NCBI GenBank assembly: GCA_041904885.1 | Contig: JAYRND010000372.1 | Span: 1-45,397 of the forward strand | Direction: 5' to 3' | Source of the DNA: Burkholderiales bacterium | Lineage (GTDB): Bacteria; Pseudomonadota; Gammaproteobacteria; Burkholderiales; SG8-39 | DNA: 45,397 nt | Part shown: positions 27,342-38,405 of the stretch, one piece after another | Layout of the letters: each line of letters starts with the position of its first letter | Numbering within the stretch: position 1 is the stretch's first letter | Made by a program: the position numbers and the translations under genes | The notes under the pieces: generated by a model | Seen by the model: only the letters and a program-made list of their open reading frames with translations | Databases searched by the model: none | Told to the model about the DNA's origin: nothing

Positions 27342-28163
27342 CTAATCTACCCGCCGCGGGAGAAACTCGCGTATCGCCGGCCAGAACAGGGGATGAGCGT
27401 CGGTCGAATTGTGGCCGGCCTCCTGCAGGAGTACGCCCCTCTTCGGCCCGCCCCAGGCCTGCAACAGCCGTTCGGCGTGCGCGGGCGGAATCACCTCGTC
27501 GCGCTCGGCGACGAGGCAAAGCAGCGGCTGCCTGAGCCCGGGCGCGAGCGCGATCGAATCGAAGCGGTGCCTCAGCAGCAGATCGACCGGCAGATACCAG
27601 TAATGGCGCTTGGCGACCGCCGCGAGGCTGTCGTAGGGCGCGACCAGGATCACGCCGGCGACGGGGCGCCGTGCGGCAAGCGCCACAGCCACGCCGCTGC
27701 CGAGGCTGCGGCCGAACACGTAGATGCCCTTTGACGCGACGCCAGGAAGCGTGGCGGCGTAATCGAACCACCGAAGCGCATCCGCGGACAGCGCGGCTTC
27801 TCCCGGCGAGCCCTGGCTCAGGCCATAGCCGCGATGGCTGACGATCAGCCAGGAGACGCCGGGCGCATTGTGCATTTCGTCCAGCATCCACGAGCTGTCC
27901 TCGGAGTTGCCGCCGAAGTACAGGACAAGCGGAGAAGCGCCGGGCGATTTTGCGTGCCAAGCCTGCAGGCGAACGCCGCCATCGGACACCAGGAATACTT
28001 CTTTCACATCGGGAAAGCGCTTGGCGAGTTCGGCGCGTCGCGATTCCGACAGTGGTTGCGGATAAAAGATCAACGAGTCCTGCGTGAAGTAGACGAGCAG
28101 CGGCACACCGATCACGACCGCGGTCGCGATCTTGAGAAAGGAAACAACCGTGGCCCACTCCAT
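27342..28163 (-). CDS. Alpha/beta hydrolase with an N-terminal membrane anchor
   Basis: It has a TM helix ([21 protein letters not shown]), a nucleophile elbow (GRSLGSG), then ERDEVIP and EAGHNS as candidate Asp and His of the catalytic triad. It ends 5 nt upstream of uppP. Confidence 0.8.
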   Translation of the reverse strand: MEWATVVSFLKIATAVVIGVPLLVYFTQDSLIFYPQPLSESRRAELAKRFPDVKEVFLVSDGGVRLQAWHAKSPGASPLVLYFGGNSEDSSWMLDEMHNAPGVSWLIVSHRGYGLSQGSPGEAALSADALRWFDYAATLPGVASKGIYVFGRSLGSGVAVALAARRPVAGVILVAPYDSLAAVAKRHYWYLPVDLLLRHRFDSIALAPGLRQPLLCLVAERDEVIPPAHAERLLQAWGGPKRGVLLQEAGHNSTDAHPLFWPAIREFLPRRVD

Positions 28164-28194
28164 GAGAGTAATCTTAATGGCCGCGGGGGGCCGC

Positions 28195-29370
28195 ATGCCG
28201 AGGAAGAGGATATCCGTCGACGAGTTGCAGTTCGGCATGTACGTCGCCGAGCTCGACCGCCCCTGGACCGATACGCCGTTCCTGTTCCAAGGCTTCGTGC
28301 TCACGACGCGCGAGCAGCTGGAGCTGCTGCGCCGTTACTGCGCCAGCGTCGTGGTCGACTCCGAGCGCGCGGAGTCGGCCGAAGCGCGCGGACCTGCCGC
28401 GCCAGCGTACGAGTAAAAAGCGACCGTAGAGCAGGAACTGGCTCCGGCGCGCGCCGCGTACGGAGGCAGCCGCGATCTCATGCACGACGTGCTGGCGAGC
28501 GTACGGCTCGGGCGCACTCTCGATTCGGAGCAGATTGCGAGCGCGGTCTGCGCCATGGCCGAGAGCGTGCTGCGCAATCCGGATGCCCTGCTGCTTCTCT
28601 CGCAGCTGCGCGCGAAGGGCGAGTACAACGAATCGCACGCGCTCGATGTGTCGATCTACATGATCACTTTCGGCCGCTTCCTGCAGCTCGACCCCGCCCA
28701 GATCGAATTCCTCGGCTACCTCGGCCTGCTGCAGGACGTGGGCAAGCTGCGCCTGCCCAAGCACCTGCTCGACAGGCGCGGCAAGCTGAGCGCGGAGGAG
28801 CTCGCGCTCGCCAAGCGCCATGTGCAGTACTCGGTGGAGATCCTGCAATCGACCCCCGGCATGCCGGCAGGACTGCCGCGCGCGGCCGCCCTGCACCACG
28901 AGCGGCACGACGGCAGCGGCTATCCTGCGGGGCTGCGCGGCGGCGAGATCGGCCTGCTCGGCTCCGTCGCGGCGATCGTCGATACCTACGACGCGCTGAC
29001 CGTCCAGCGCCCGCATGCCGAGGCGGTGTCGCCCTCGGCCGCGATTAGCATGCTTTACAAAGGCCGCGGCACGCTGTTCGACGCCCGCCTGGTCGAGCAG
29101 TTCATCCGCTGCATCGGCATTTTCCCGGTGGGCAGCCTGGTCGAGCTGAACAGCGGGGAAATCGGCGTCGTCATTGCCCAGAACCCCGCCAAGCGCCTGA
29201 GCCCGCGCGTCATGGTGATCCGCGACGCCGCCGGCAACCCGCTGATCCCGCAGAAGCTGCTCGACCTGTCACGCTCGCCGAAGGCGACCGCCAACGAGAC
29301 CTACCGCATCCTCGGCACGCTCGAGCGCGGCAGCGTGCCGTTCGACACCGAGACGATGTTCCTGAAGTAG
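28195..29370 (+). pseudogene. DUF3391/HD-GYP domain protein (c-di-GMP phosphodiesterase family) interrupted by an in-frame TAA at 28414-28416. The fragments are 28195-28416 and 28480-29370.
   Basis: Both track ORFs are in the same frame. The N-terminal fragment reads MPRKRISVDELQFGMYVAELDRPW (DUF3391 type). The C-terminal fragment contains HHERHDGSGYP (GYP motif), but LLQDVGK replaces the usual LLHDxGK. Confidence 0.65.
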
Positions 29371-29379
29371 CCCGCGCGC

Positions 29380-31330
<1,951 letters not shown>

Positions 31331-31348
31331 ATCAATAGTTTGCCGCGC

Positions 31349-31391
31349 TTGACCTTGTTGCAGTGCGGTAATATATTACTGACTGGTCAGT
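31349..31391 (+). promoter_or_regulatory. Candidate sigma-70 promoter plus a palindromic operator for the tetR-led efflux operon
   Basis: TTGACC lies at 31349-31354, followed by a 17-nt spacer and TATATT at 31372-31377. The inverted repeat ACTGAC-TG-GTCAGT follows at 31378-31391, about 17 nt before the tetR ATG. Confidence 0.5.
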
Positions 31392-31407
31392 TATTCCAAT
31401 ATCCACC

Positions 31408-32040
31408 ATGAACGATCGCCTTTCAGCCAAGCGCTGGTCCCGCCGGAAGGAAGCGCGCCCCGAGGAAATCACGGCGGCCGCGCTGGATCTCTTCGTCGAG
31501 CGTGGCTTCGCCAATACACGGCTCGAGGACGTCGCTGCCCGGGCGGGAATCTCGAAGGGCACCCTCTACCTCTACTTCGCCAACAAGGAGGAGTTGTTCA
31601 AGGCGGTCGTGCGGGAAGTTCTGGTCGCCCGGCTGGTCGAGTTCCGTGGGCAGATCGACAAATTCCAGGGCACGAGCGCCGAGCTCCTGCGCCTGGTTTT
31701 CAAGACCTGGTGGGAACGCATCGGCTCGACGCGCATCTCCGGAATTCCGAAGCTGATCCTGTCCGAGGCGCGCAACTTCCCCGAGATCGCGCGCTTCTAC
31801 GTAGAGGAAGTCGTGCGCCCGGGCCGCGAGACTCTCGCCGCAGTGATCCGGCGCGGCATCGACCGCGGCGAGTTCCGGCCGGTCGATGCGTACGCGACCG
31901 CCGACCTGCTCGCCGCGCCGATGCTGATGATCTCGATGTGGCGCAATTCCCTCGAGCCCTGCTGCGACGAACGCATTGATCCGGAAGCGCTGATTGCCGA
32001 GCACGTCGAGCTGCTCGCGCGCGGCCTGGCGAGGCACTGA
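31408..32040 (+). CDS. TetR/AcrR family transcriptional regulator
   Basis: The N-terminal HTH region reads RPEEITAAALDLFVERGFANTRLEDVAARAGISKGTLYLYFANKEELF. Confidence 0.9.
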   Translation: MNDRLSAKRWSRRKEARPEEITAAALDLFVERGFANTRLEDVAARAGISKGTLYLYFANKEELFKAVVREVLVARLVEFRGQIDKFQGTSAELLRLVFKTWWERIGSTRISGIPKLILSEARNFPEIARFYVEEVVRPGRETLAAVIRRGIDRGEFRPVDAYATADLLAAPMLMISMWRNSLEPCCDERIDPEALIAEHVELLARGLARH

Positions 32041-32043
32041 GCC

Positions 32044-33180
32044 ATGAAGCGCACGCTGAAGCTGTTCCTGGTCGGAGCGGTGGTGGTGGCGGCGGCGGCC
32101 GGCTATGCCGCAGTTCGCGGCAAGCGCGCCGAGCAGAAGCCCGCCGCCAGCGCGCCGGTCGCCGAATTCCTGCAGAACGACCTGTTCATCGTCGCGCCGG
32201 GCGCGCTCGAGCAGGTGCTGCCGCTGACCGGCTCGCTCGCGCCGCTGACCGAGGCGACCGTCAAGGCAAAGGTGGCCGGCGAGCTGGTGGAAGTCACCGT
32301 GCGCGAGGGCGAGAGCGTCAGACAGGGCCAGAAGCTGGCGGTGATCGACCTCACCGAGGTGCAGGCGCGGGTTGCTGCGCGCCAGGCGGACCTCGAGGCC
32401 GCCAAGGCGCAGCAGATCTGGGCGGAAAAGAACCGCGCGACGCAGAAGGCGCTGCTCGACAAGGCGTTCATTTCGCAGAACGCCTTCGACAACATCCAGA
32501 GCAATTACGACGTGGCGGTGGCGAAGGTCCGCGCCGCGCAGGCGGACCTGGTGGTCGCGCAAAAGGCGCTGGGCGACGCCGTGCTGGTGGCGCCGTTCGC
32601 CGGCATCGTGTCCCTGCGCCACGCGCAGCCGGGAGAGCGCGTGCCGCTGGACGCCAAGGTCGTGAGCATCGTCGACCTTTCGCGGCTGCAGCTGGAGGCG
32701 TCGGTGCCGCCCGCCGCGATCGCCCAGGTCCGGGTGGGACAGCCGATCAGCTTCCGCGTCGAAGGTTTCGGCGACCGCGAATTCGCCGGCCGCATCGAGC
32801 GGATCAACCCGGCGGCGACGGCGGGCTCCCGCTCCATCGCTGTCTACGCAACGATCGACAACCGCGAGGGCCTGCTGCGCAGCGGCCTGTTCGCCCAGGG
32901 AGCATTGACGCTGTCGCGCATCGAAAGCGCGCTCGCGGTGCCGGCGTCCGCGGTGCGCGAGGAAATCGGCCAGACCTTCGTCTACGCCATCGACAACGGC
33001 GTGCTGAAGCGCAGGAACGTCAAGGTCGGCGTGCCCGATGCCGCCGGCCGCGTGCAGGTGCTCGAAGGTCTCGCCGCCGGCGACCGCATCGTGCGCGCCA
33101 ACCTCGGCTCGTTGCGCGAGGGTGCCACGGCCAGGCTCGCCGGCCCTGAGCCGGTCGAAACGGCGCAGCGCAAGAAGTAG
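32044..33180 (+). CDS. Efflux RND transporter periplasmic adaptor subunit (membrane fusion protein)
   Basis: It has an N-terminal TM/signal segment, a coiled-coil hairpin region and a barrel-sandwich motif (G.V....V.EG..V..GQ.LA.ID). It lies directly upstream of the RND pump gene. Confidence 0.9.
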   Translation: MKRTLKLFLVGAVVVAAAAGYAAVRGKRAEQKPAASAPVAEFLQNDLFIVAPGALEQVLPLTGSLAPLTEATVKAKVAGELVEVTVREGESVRQGQKLAVIDLTEVQARVAARQADLEAAKAQQIWAEKNRATQKALLDKAFISQNAFDNIQSNYDVAVAKVRAAQADLVVAQKALGDAVLVAPFAGIVSLRHAQPGERVPLDAKVVSIVDLSRLQLEASVPPAAIAQVRVGQPISFRVEGFGDREFAGRIERINPAATAGSRSIAVYATIDNREGLLRSGLFAQGALTLSRIESALAVPASAVREEIGQTFVYAIDNGVLKRRNVKVGVPDAAGRVQVLEGLAAGDRIVRANLGSLREGATARLAGPEPVETAQRKK

Positions 33181-33185
33181 CCGCC

Positions 33186-36100
33186 ATGTGGTTCACCAGG
33201 GTAAGCATCGCGAACCCGGTATTCGCGACCATGATGATGGCCGCGCTGCTGGTACTGGGCGCGTTCTCCTACTCGCGGCTGCCGGTCGAGCAGTTCCCGG
33301 ACGTGACCTTCCCGGTGGTCGTTGTGCAGACCGAATATCCCGGCGCCTCGCCCGAGAACGTCGAGGAGGAAGTGACCCGGCGCGTCGAGGAAGCGGTCAA
33401 TACCATCAGCGGCATCAAGACCCTGTCCTCGCGCTCGTACGAGGGCCTGTCGGTGGTGATCATCGAGTTCGACCTGTCGATCGATCCCAAGCTCGCGGCC
33501 CAGGACGTGCGCGAGAAAATCGCCCTGATCCGCTCGGGCTTCCGCGACGAGATCAAGGAGCCGCGGGTGAGCCGCTTCAACCCGGACGACTTCCCCATCG
33601 TCTCGATCGCAGTGCGCTCCACCGGCCGGTCCCTGCGCGAGCTCACCACGCTCGCCGACCAGGTGATCAAGAAGCGCTTCGAGAACGTCGGTGGCGTCGG
33701 CCAGGCCACGCTGGTGGGCGGCGTGAAGCGGGAAATCAAGGTGTACCTCAACCTCGAGGCCATGGAGGCGCAACGCATCGGCGCCGACCAGGTGGTGAAG
33801 GCGTTGCAGACCGAGAACCAGGAGATCCCCGCCGGCTCGATCCTCACGCCCAGCCAGGAGAAGATCGTCCAGCTGCGCGCGCGCCTCTCCGGCCCGCAGG
33901 ATTTCCGCAACCTGATCGTCGCTCGCCGCGGCGGCAAGGCGGTCACGCTGGGCTCGATCGCGGAGATCGAGGACGGCCAGCAGGAAGAGGAAAACATGGC
34001 GCTGGTGAACGGCCAGCGCGCGATCGCGATCGACATCATCAAGGCGCAGGGCGAGAACACCATCGCGGTGGTGGACGGCGTACGGCGCGTCGCCGCCGAG
34101 TTGCGCAGCTTCCTGCCCGCGGACGTGAACATCGAGATCGTCCGCGATGCCTCGATCGGCATCCGCAACTCGGTCGCCGACGTCAAGGCGACGCTGCTCG
34201 AGGGCGGCCTGCTGACCATCGCGATCGTGTTCCTGTTCCTCGCGTCCTGGCGCAGCACCGTCATCACCGGGCTCACGCTGCCGATCGCCCTGATCGGCAC
34301 GTTCCTGTTCCTGTACGCGTTCGGCTTCACGCTCAACGTGCTCACGCTGATGGCGCTGTCGCTGTCGGTGGGCCTGCTGATCGACGACGCCATCGTGGTG
34401 CGCGAGAACATCGTGCGGCACGTGGCGCTGGGCGCCAACCACCACGACGCCGCGCTGATCGGCACGAAGGAAATCGGCCTGGCGGTGCTGGCGACCACCT
34501 TCTCCATCGTCGCGGTGTTCCTGCCGGTCGGCTTCATGGGCGGGATCATCGGGCGCTTCTTCCACCAGTTCGGCCTGACGGTCGTCTCCGCGGTGCTGAT
34601 CTCGATGTTCGTCTCCTTCACGCTCGATCCCATGCTGTCCTCGATCTGGCGCGACCCGCAGGCCGAGGGAAAGTTCAGCGCCGGGCCGATGGGGCGGCTG
34701 CTCGCGTGGTTCCACGACACGATGGACCGCGTCTCCGCCCGCTACGAGCGCCTCCTCGCCTGGAGCCTCGCCCACCGCAAATCGGTGGTGGCCATCGCGC
34801 TCGCCAGCTTCCTCGCCAGCTTCCCGCTGATGAAGATGATCGGCAGCGAGTTCGTGCCCGAGCCCGACCTTTCGGAGCTGCAGGTGCAGTTCAAGACCCC
34901 GGTGGGCTCCTCCCTGGAGCTCACTACGCAGAAGGCCAGGCAGGCCGAGGCCGCCCTGCGCGAATTCCCCGAGGTGAAATACACCTACGCAACGGTCAAC
35001 ACCGGCTTCGTGCAGGGCAAGAACCGCGTCAACATCTTCGTTCAGCTGGTGCCGAGGAAGGAGCGCAGGCTTTCGCAGAACGACCTGACCAAGCCGATGC
35101 GCGAGCGCCTGTCGCGCATTGCCGGCATCGAGATCCAGCAGATCGGCGCCTACAAGACGGTGTCCAGCGGCAAGCCGCTGCAGGTTTCCATTCTGGGCCA
35201 GGAGCGCAAGATGCTGGCGGGCATCGCCGAGCAGGTGATGGCGGCGACGCGCGAGGTTGCGGGCGCGGTCGACATCGAGTCGAGCGACGAGGCGGCCAAG
35301 CCGCAACTCTCGGTGGAGCTGAAGCGGGAGCTTGCCAGCGACCTCGGCATCAGCGCGGGCCAGGTGGCGGCGACGCTGCGGCCCCTGCTCGCCGGGCAGG
35401 CGGTCGGAAACTGGAAAGGACCCGACGACCAGTACTACGACGTGCAGGTCAGGCTGTCGCGGGCCGACCGTGCGCGCGCGGAGGACCTGCAGCGGGTGCC
35501 GCTCGCCTCCAGCCAGCTCGACGCCAATCTCGCGCCGCGGATGGTGAGCCTGCGCGAAATCGCCGCCATCGCCCCGGGCAGCGGGCCCCAGCAGATCAAC
35601 CGCAAGGAGCAGTTGCGCGAGGTCCTGATCACCGCCAACGTATTCAACCGCGCCGCCGGAGACGCGGCCACCGAACTGCGCGGCAAGCTCGAGCGCATCG
35701 CCATGCCGCCGGGCTACCGCTTCACCATGGGCGGGTCGTCCAAGGACATCCAGGAATCGATGTTCTACGCCTCGCAGGCGCTGGCGCTGGCCGTGGTCTT
35801 CATCTACCTGATCCTCGCCTCCCAGTTCGGCAGCTTCATCCAGCCGATGGCGATCATGGTCTCGCTGCCCCTGTCGCTGATCGGCGTCGTGCTCGCGCTG
35901 ATCTTCGCGCGCTCGACGATGAACATCTTCTCGATCATCGGCTTCATCATGCTGATGGGCCTGGTCACCAAGAACGCCATCCTGCTCGTCGACTTCGTCA
36001 ACCAGGAGCGCGGGGCGGGCCGGCCGCGCCGTGACGCGGTGCTGGCGGCCGGCCGCATCCGCCTGCGGCCGATCCTGATGACCACGCTGGCGATGATCTT

Positions 36101-36317
36101 CGGCATGATCCCGCTCGCCCTGGGCCTGGGCGAAGGCGGCGAGCAGCGCGCCCCCATGGGCCAAGCGGTGATCGGCGGGGTGATCACTTCCGGACTGCTG
36201 ACGCTGGTGGTGGTGCCGGTCATCTATACGTACCTGGACGACCTGACGACCTGGGTCAGGGGCTTTGGTAAGATTGCCTCCTCCCCAGGCAGCAGCGCAA
36301 ACACGAAACCCGAATGA
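33186..36317 (+). CDS. Efflux RND transporter permease (AcrB/HAE family)
   Basis: The product is 1043 aa. MWFTRVSIANPVFATMMMAALLVLG marks the N-terminus, with 12-TM architecture and two large periplasmic loops. A typical LLIDDAIVVRENI motif is present. Confidence 0.95.
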   Translation: MWFTRVSIANPVFATMMMAALLVLGAFSYSRLPVEQFPDVTFPVVVVQTEYPGASPENVEEEVTRRVEEAVNTISGIKTLSSRSYEGLSVVIIEFDLSIDPKLAAQDVREKIALIRSGFRDEIKEPRVSRFNPDDFPIVSIAVRSTGRSLRELTTLADQVIKKRFENVGGVGQATLVGGVKREIKVYLNLEAMEAQRIGADQVVKALQTENQEIPAGSILTPSQEKIVQLRARLSGPQDFRNLIVARRGGKAVTLGSIAEIEDGQQEEENMALVNGQRAIAIDIIKAQGENTIAVVDGVRRVAAELRSFLPADVNIEIVRDASIGIRNSVADVKATLLEGGLLTIAIVFLFLASWRSTVITGLTLPIALIGTFLFLYAFGFTLNVLTLMALSLSVGLLIDDAIVVRENIVRHVALGANHHDAALIGTKEIGLAVLATTFSIVAVFLPVGFMGGIIGRFFHQFGLTVVSAVLISMFVSFTLDPMLSSIWRDPQAEGKFSAGPMGRLLAWFHDTMDRVSARYERLLAWSLAHRKSVVAIALASFLASFPLMKMIGSEFVPEPDLSELQVQFKTPVGSSLELTTQKARQAEAALREFPEVKYTYATVNTGFVQGKNRVNIFVQLVPRKERRLSQNDLTKPMRERLSRIAGIEIQQIGAYKTVSSGKPLQVSILGQERKMLAGIAEQVMAATREVAGAVDIESSDEAAKPQLSVELKRELASDLGISAGQVAATLRPLLAGQAVGNWKGPDDQYYDVQVRLSRADRARAEDLQRVPLASSQLDANLAPRMVSLREIAAIAPGSGPQQINRKEQLREVLITANVFNRAAGDAATELRGKLERIAMPPGYRFTMGGSSKDIQESMFYASQALALAVVFIYLILASQFGSFIQPMAIMVSLPLSLIGVVLALIFARSTMNIFSIIGFIMLMGLVTKNAILLVDFVNQERGAGRPRRDAVLAAGRIRLRPILMTTLAMIFGMIPLALGLGEGGEQRAPMGQAVIGGVITSGLLTLVVVPVIYTYLDDLTTWVRGFGKIASSPGSSANTKPE

Positions 36318-36985
36318 ACCTCGAACAGGCCCGGGCCAATATGGTCGAGCAGCAGATCCGCCCCTGGGAGGTGCTCGACCAGGACGTGCTCGATCTGCTG
36401 TATGCCGTGCCGCGCGAGGAGTTTGTCCCGGCGTCCTGCCGCAACCTCGCGTTCACCGACATGGAAATCCCGATCGGCGAGGGCGAGAAGATGTGGGCGC
36501 CGAAGATCGAGGCTCGCGTCCTGCAGGCGCTCGCGCCCAGGCGCAGCGACCGTGTGCTCGAGATCGGCACCGGCAGCGGCTACCTCACCGCGCTGCTCGC
36601 GCACCGCTCTGCGCGCGTCACTTCGGTGGAGATCCGGCCTTCGCTCGCGGCTTTCGGCAAGGCGAACATCGCGCGCCATGGCGTAGATAACGTGACGTTG
36701 CTCGTTGGCGACGGCGCCCGCGGCCTGCCGCCGGGCGCGCCCGGCGAGGATCCGTACGACATATTGGTACTCACCGGGTCGGTCCCTGTCCTGCCGCGGG
36801 CGCTGCTTGGCGCGCTCGCGCCGGGAGGGCGCGCCTTCGCCGTGATCGGCGAGTCGCCGCTGATGACCGCATGCATCCTCACCCGTTCCGGCGGCGGAGC
36901 GGATTCGTTCCGTACGCTCCCCCTGTTCGAGACGGTCATCGCGCCGCTGGTCAACTGCGAGCAACCCTCGCAGTTCGCGTTTTGA
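36314..36985 (+). CDS. Protein-L-isoaspartate O-methyltransferase family (Pcm-like) SAM-dependent methyltransferase
   Basis: SAM motif I reads VLEIGTGSGYLTALLA, and the layout is Pcm-like. The start overlaps the RND stop (ATGA), and the gene ends 1 nt before tolC. Confidence 0.8.
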   Translation: MNLEQARANMVEQQIRPWEVLDQDVLDLLYAVPREEFVPASCRNLAFTDMEIPIGEGEKMWAPKIEARVLQALAPRRSDRVLEIGTGSGYLTALLAHRSARVTSVEIRPSLAAFGKANIARHGVDNVTLLVGDGARGLPPGAPGEDPYDILVLTGSVPVLPRALLGALAPGGRAFAVIGESPLMTACILTRSGGGADSFRTLPLFETVIAPLVNCEQPSQFAF

Positions 36986-36986
36986 A

Positions 36987-38405
36987 ATGCGCCTGAGTCG
37001 CCCGACGCATCGGGTGCCATTGCTGCGCGCCGCGCTGGTCGCGCTCGCGTTGTGCACGCCGCCCGCCCTCGCGCAGCAGCGCTCGATGCCCGCATTCGGC
37101 CCGGGCGGTCAGACAGTTGCCGGCCCGAACCTGCTGCAGGTCTACGAAGAGGCAAAGGGTTACGACGCCCAGTACGCGGCGGCGCGCAACGCCTTGCAGG
37201 CCGGGCTGGAGAAGCTGCCGCAGGGCCGCGCGCTGCTGCTGCCCACCGTCGAACTCAATTCCGCCGGAACCCAATTGACCAAATCGCGCGCCGAGATCGA
37301 CTTTCGCGACACTCCGGCTCCGAACGCCATTCGCAACGTCCATTCGCAAGGCTTTCAACTGAGGCTTTCCCAGCCGGTCTTCCGCATGCAGAACCTGCTG
37401 CAGTTCGATCAGGCCGAGTACCAGGTCAAGCAGGCGGAAGCAACGTTCGCGCAGTCCGCGCAGGACCTCATCCTGCGGGTGGCGCAGGCCTACTTCGACC
37501 TGCTGGCGGCGCAGGACAACCTGACGCTGGTCCGCGCCCAGAAGGCCTCGATCGCCGAGCAACTCGCGCAGGCGAAGCGCAACTTCGAGGTCGGCACGGC
37601 GACCATCACCGACACGCACGAGGCCCAGGCGCGCTACGACATCGTCAGCGCGCAGGAGATCGTCGCCGATAATGCCGTCGAAACCAAGCAGCGCGAGCTG
37701 CAGCAGATCGCGGGCAAGCTCTACCCCACCGTGAAACCGCTGCGGCCCGGCGTAAAGCATGAGCCGCCGCAGCCGGCGCGGATGCAGGACTGGGTCGATC
37801 TCGCGGAAAACCAGGGCTTTCCGGTGCTCGCCCAGGACGCGGTCACCGAGATCGCGGGCTTGGAGGCCCGGCGGGCCGCCGCCGCGCATCTGCCGACAGT
37901 GGATATTGTCGGCACCTACGGGATCACCTCGTCCTCCGGATCGACTGCAGTGGCCACATTCGGCTCGACGAGAACCACGGCGAACTCGATCGGCCTGCAG
38001 CTCGGCCTGCCGATTTATTCGGGCGGATCGCTCAGCTCCAAGGAGCGCGAGGCGGCTGCGCTGTACGAGAAGGCGAAGCAGGACCTGAAGAACGTGCGCC
38101 GCAGCCAGGCGCTCGCCGCGCGCCAGAACTACCTGCTGGTCGTCAACGGCATCTCCACCACCGCCGCGCTGGAGCAGGCCCTCATCTCGTCGCGCAGCGC
38201 CTACGAGTCGAACAAGCTGGGATACGAAGTGGGCGTGCGCATCAACATCGACGTGCTCAACGCCGAGCAGCAGGTCTACTCGACCAGCCGCGACCTGCTG
38301 GTGGCGCGCTACGGCACCATCATGAACCACCTGAAGCTGAAGGCGACCGCCGGAAGCCTGACCGAGGCGGACCTCGAGGTGGTCAATCGCGCGCTGGAGC
38401 CCTGA
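36987..38405 (+). CDS. tolC: TolC family outer membrane efflux protein
   Basis: It has a signal peptide ending in ALAQ, two tandem OEP repeats, and typical NLLQVYEEAKGYDAQY and RNFEVGTATITD motifs. Confidence 0.9.
   Translation: MRLSRPTHRVPLLRAALVALALCTPPALAQQRSMPAFGPGGQTVAGPNLLQVYEEAKGYDAQYAAARNALQAGLEKLPQGRALLLPTVELNSAGTQLTKSRAEIDFRDTPAPNAIRNVHSQGFQLRLSQPVFRMQNLLQFDQAEYQVKQAEATFAQSAQDLILRVAQAYFDLLAAQDNLTLVRAQKASIAEQLAQAKRNFEVGTATITDTHEAQARYDIVSAQEIVADNAVETKQRELQQIAGKLYPTVKPLRPGVKHEPPQPARMQDWVDLAENQGFPVLAQDAVTEIAGLEARRAAAAHLPTVDIVGTYGITSSSGSTAVATFGSTRTTANSIGLQLGLPIYSGGSLSSKEREAAALYEKAKQDLKNVRRSQALAARQNYLLVVNGISTTAALEQALISSRSAYESNKLGYEVGVRINIDVLNAEQQVYSTSRDLLVARYGTIMNHLKLKATAGSLTEADLEVVNRALEP

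Noticed and set aside
32982-36164. A 1060-aa minus-strand ORF, and a 998-aa alternative plus-frame ORF (33038-36034), covering the RND pump gene
   Set aside because: Both are Arg/Ala/Gly/His/Asp-rich low-complexity translations with no recognisable motifs. They lie entirely inside a gene with an unmistakable AcrB-type product. This is a typical open-frame artefact of high-GC DNA.
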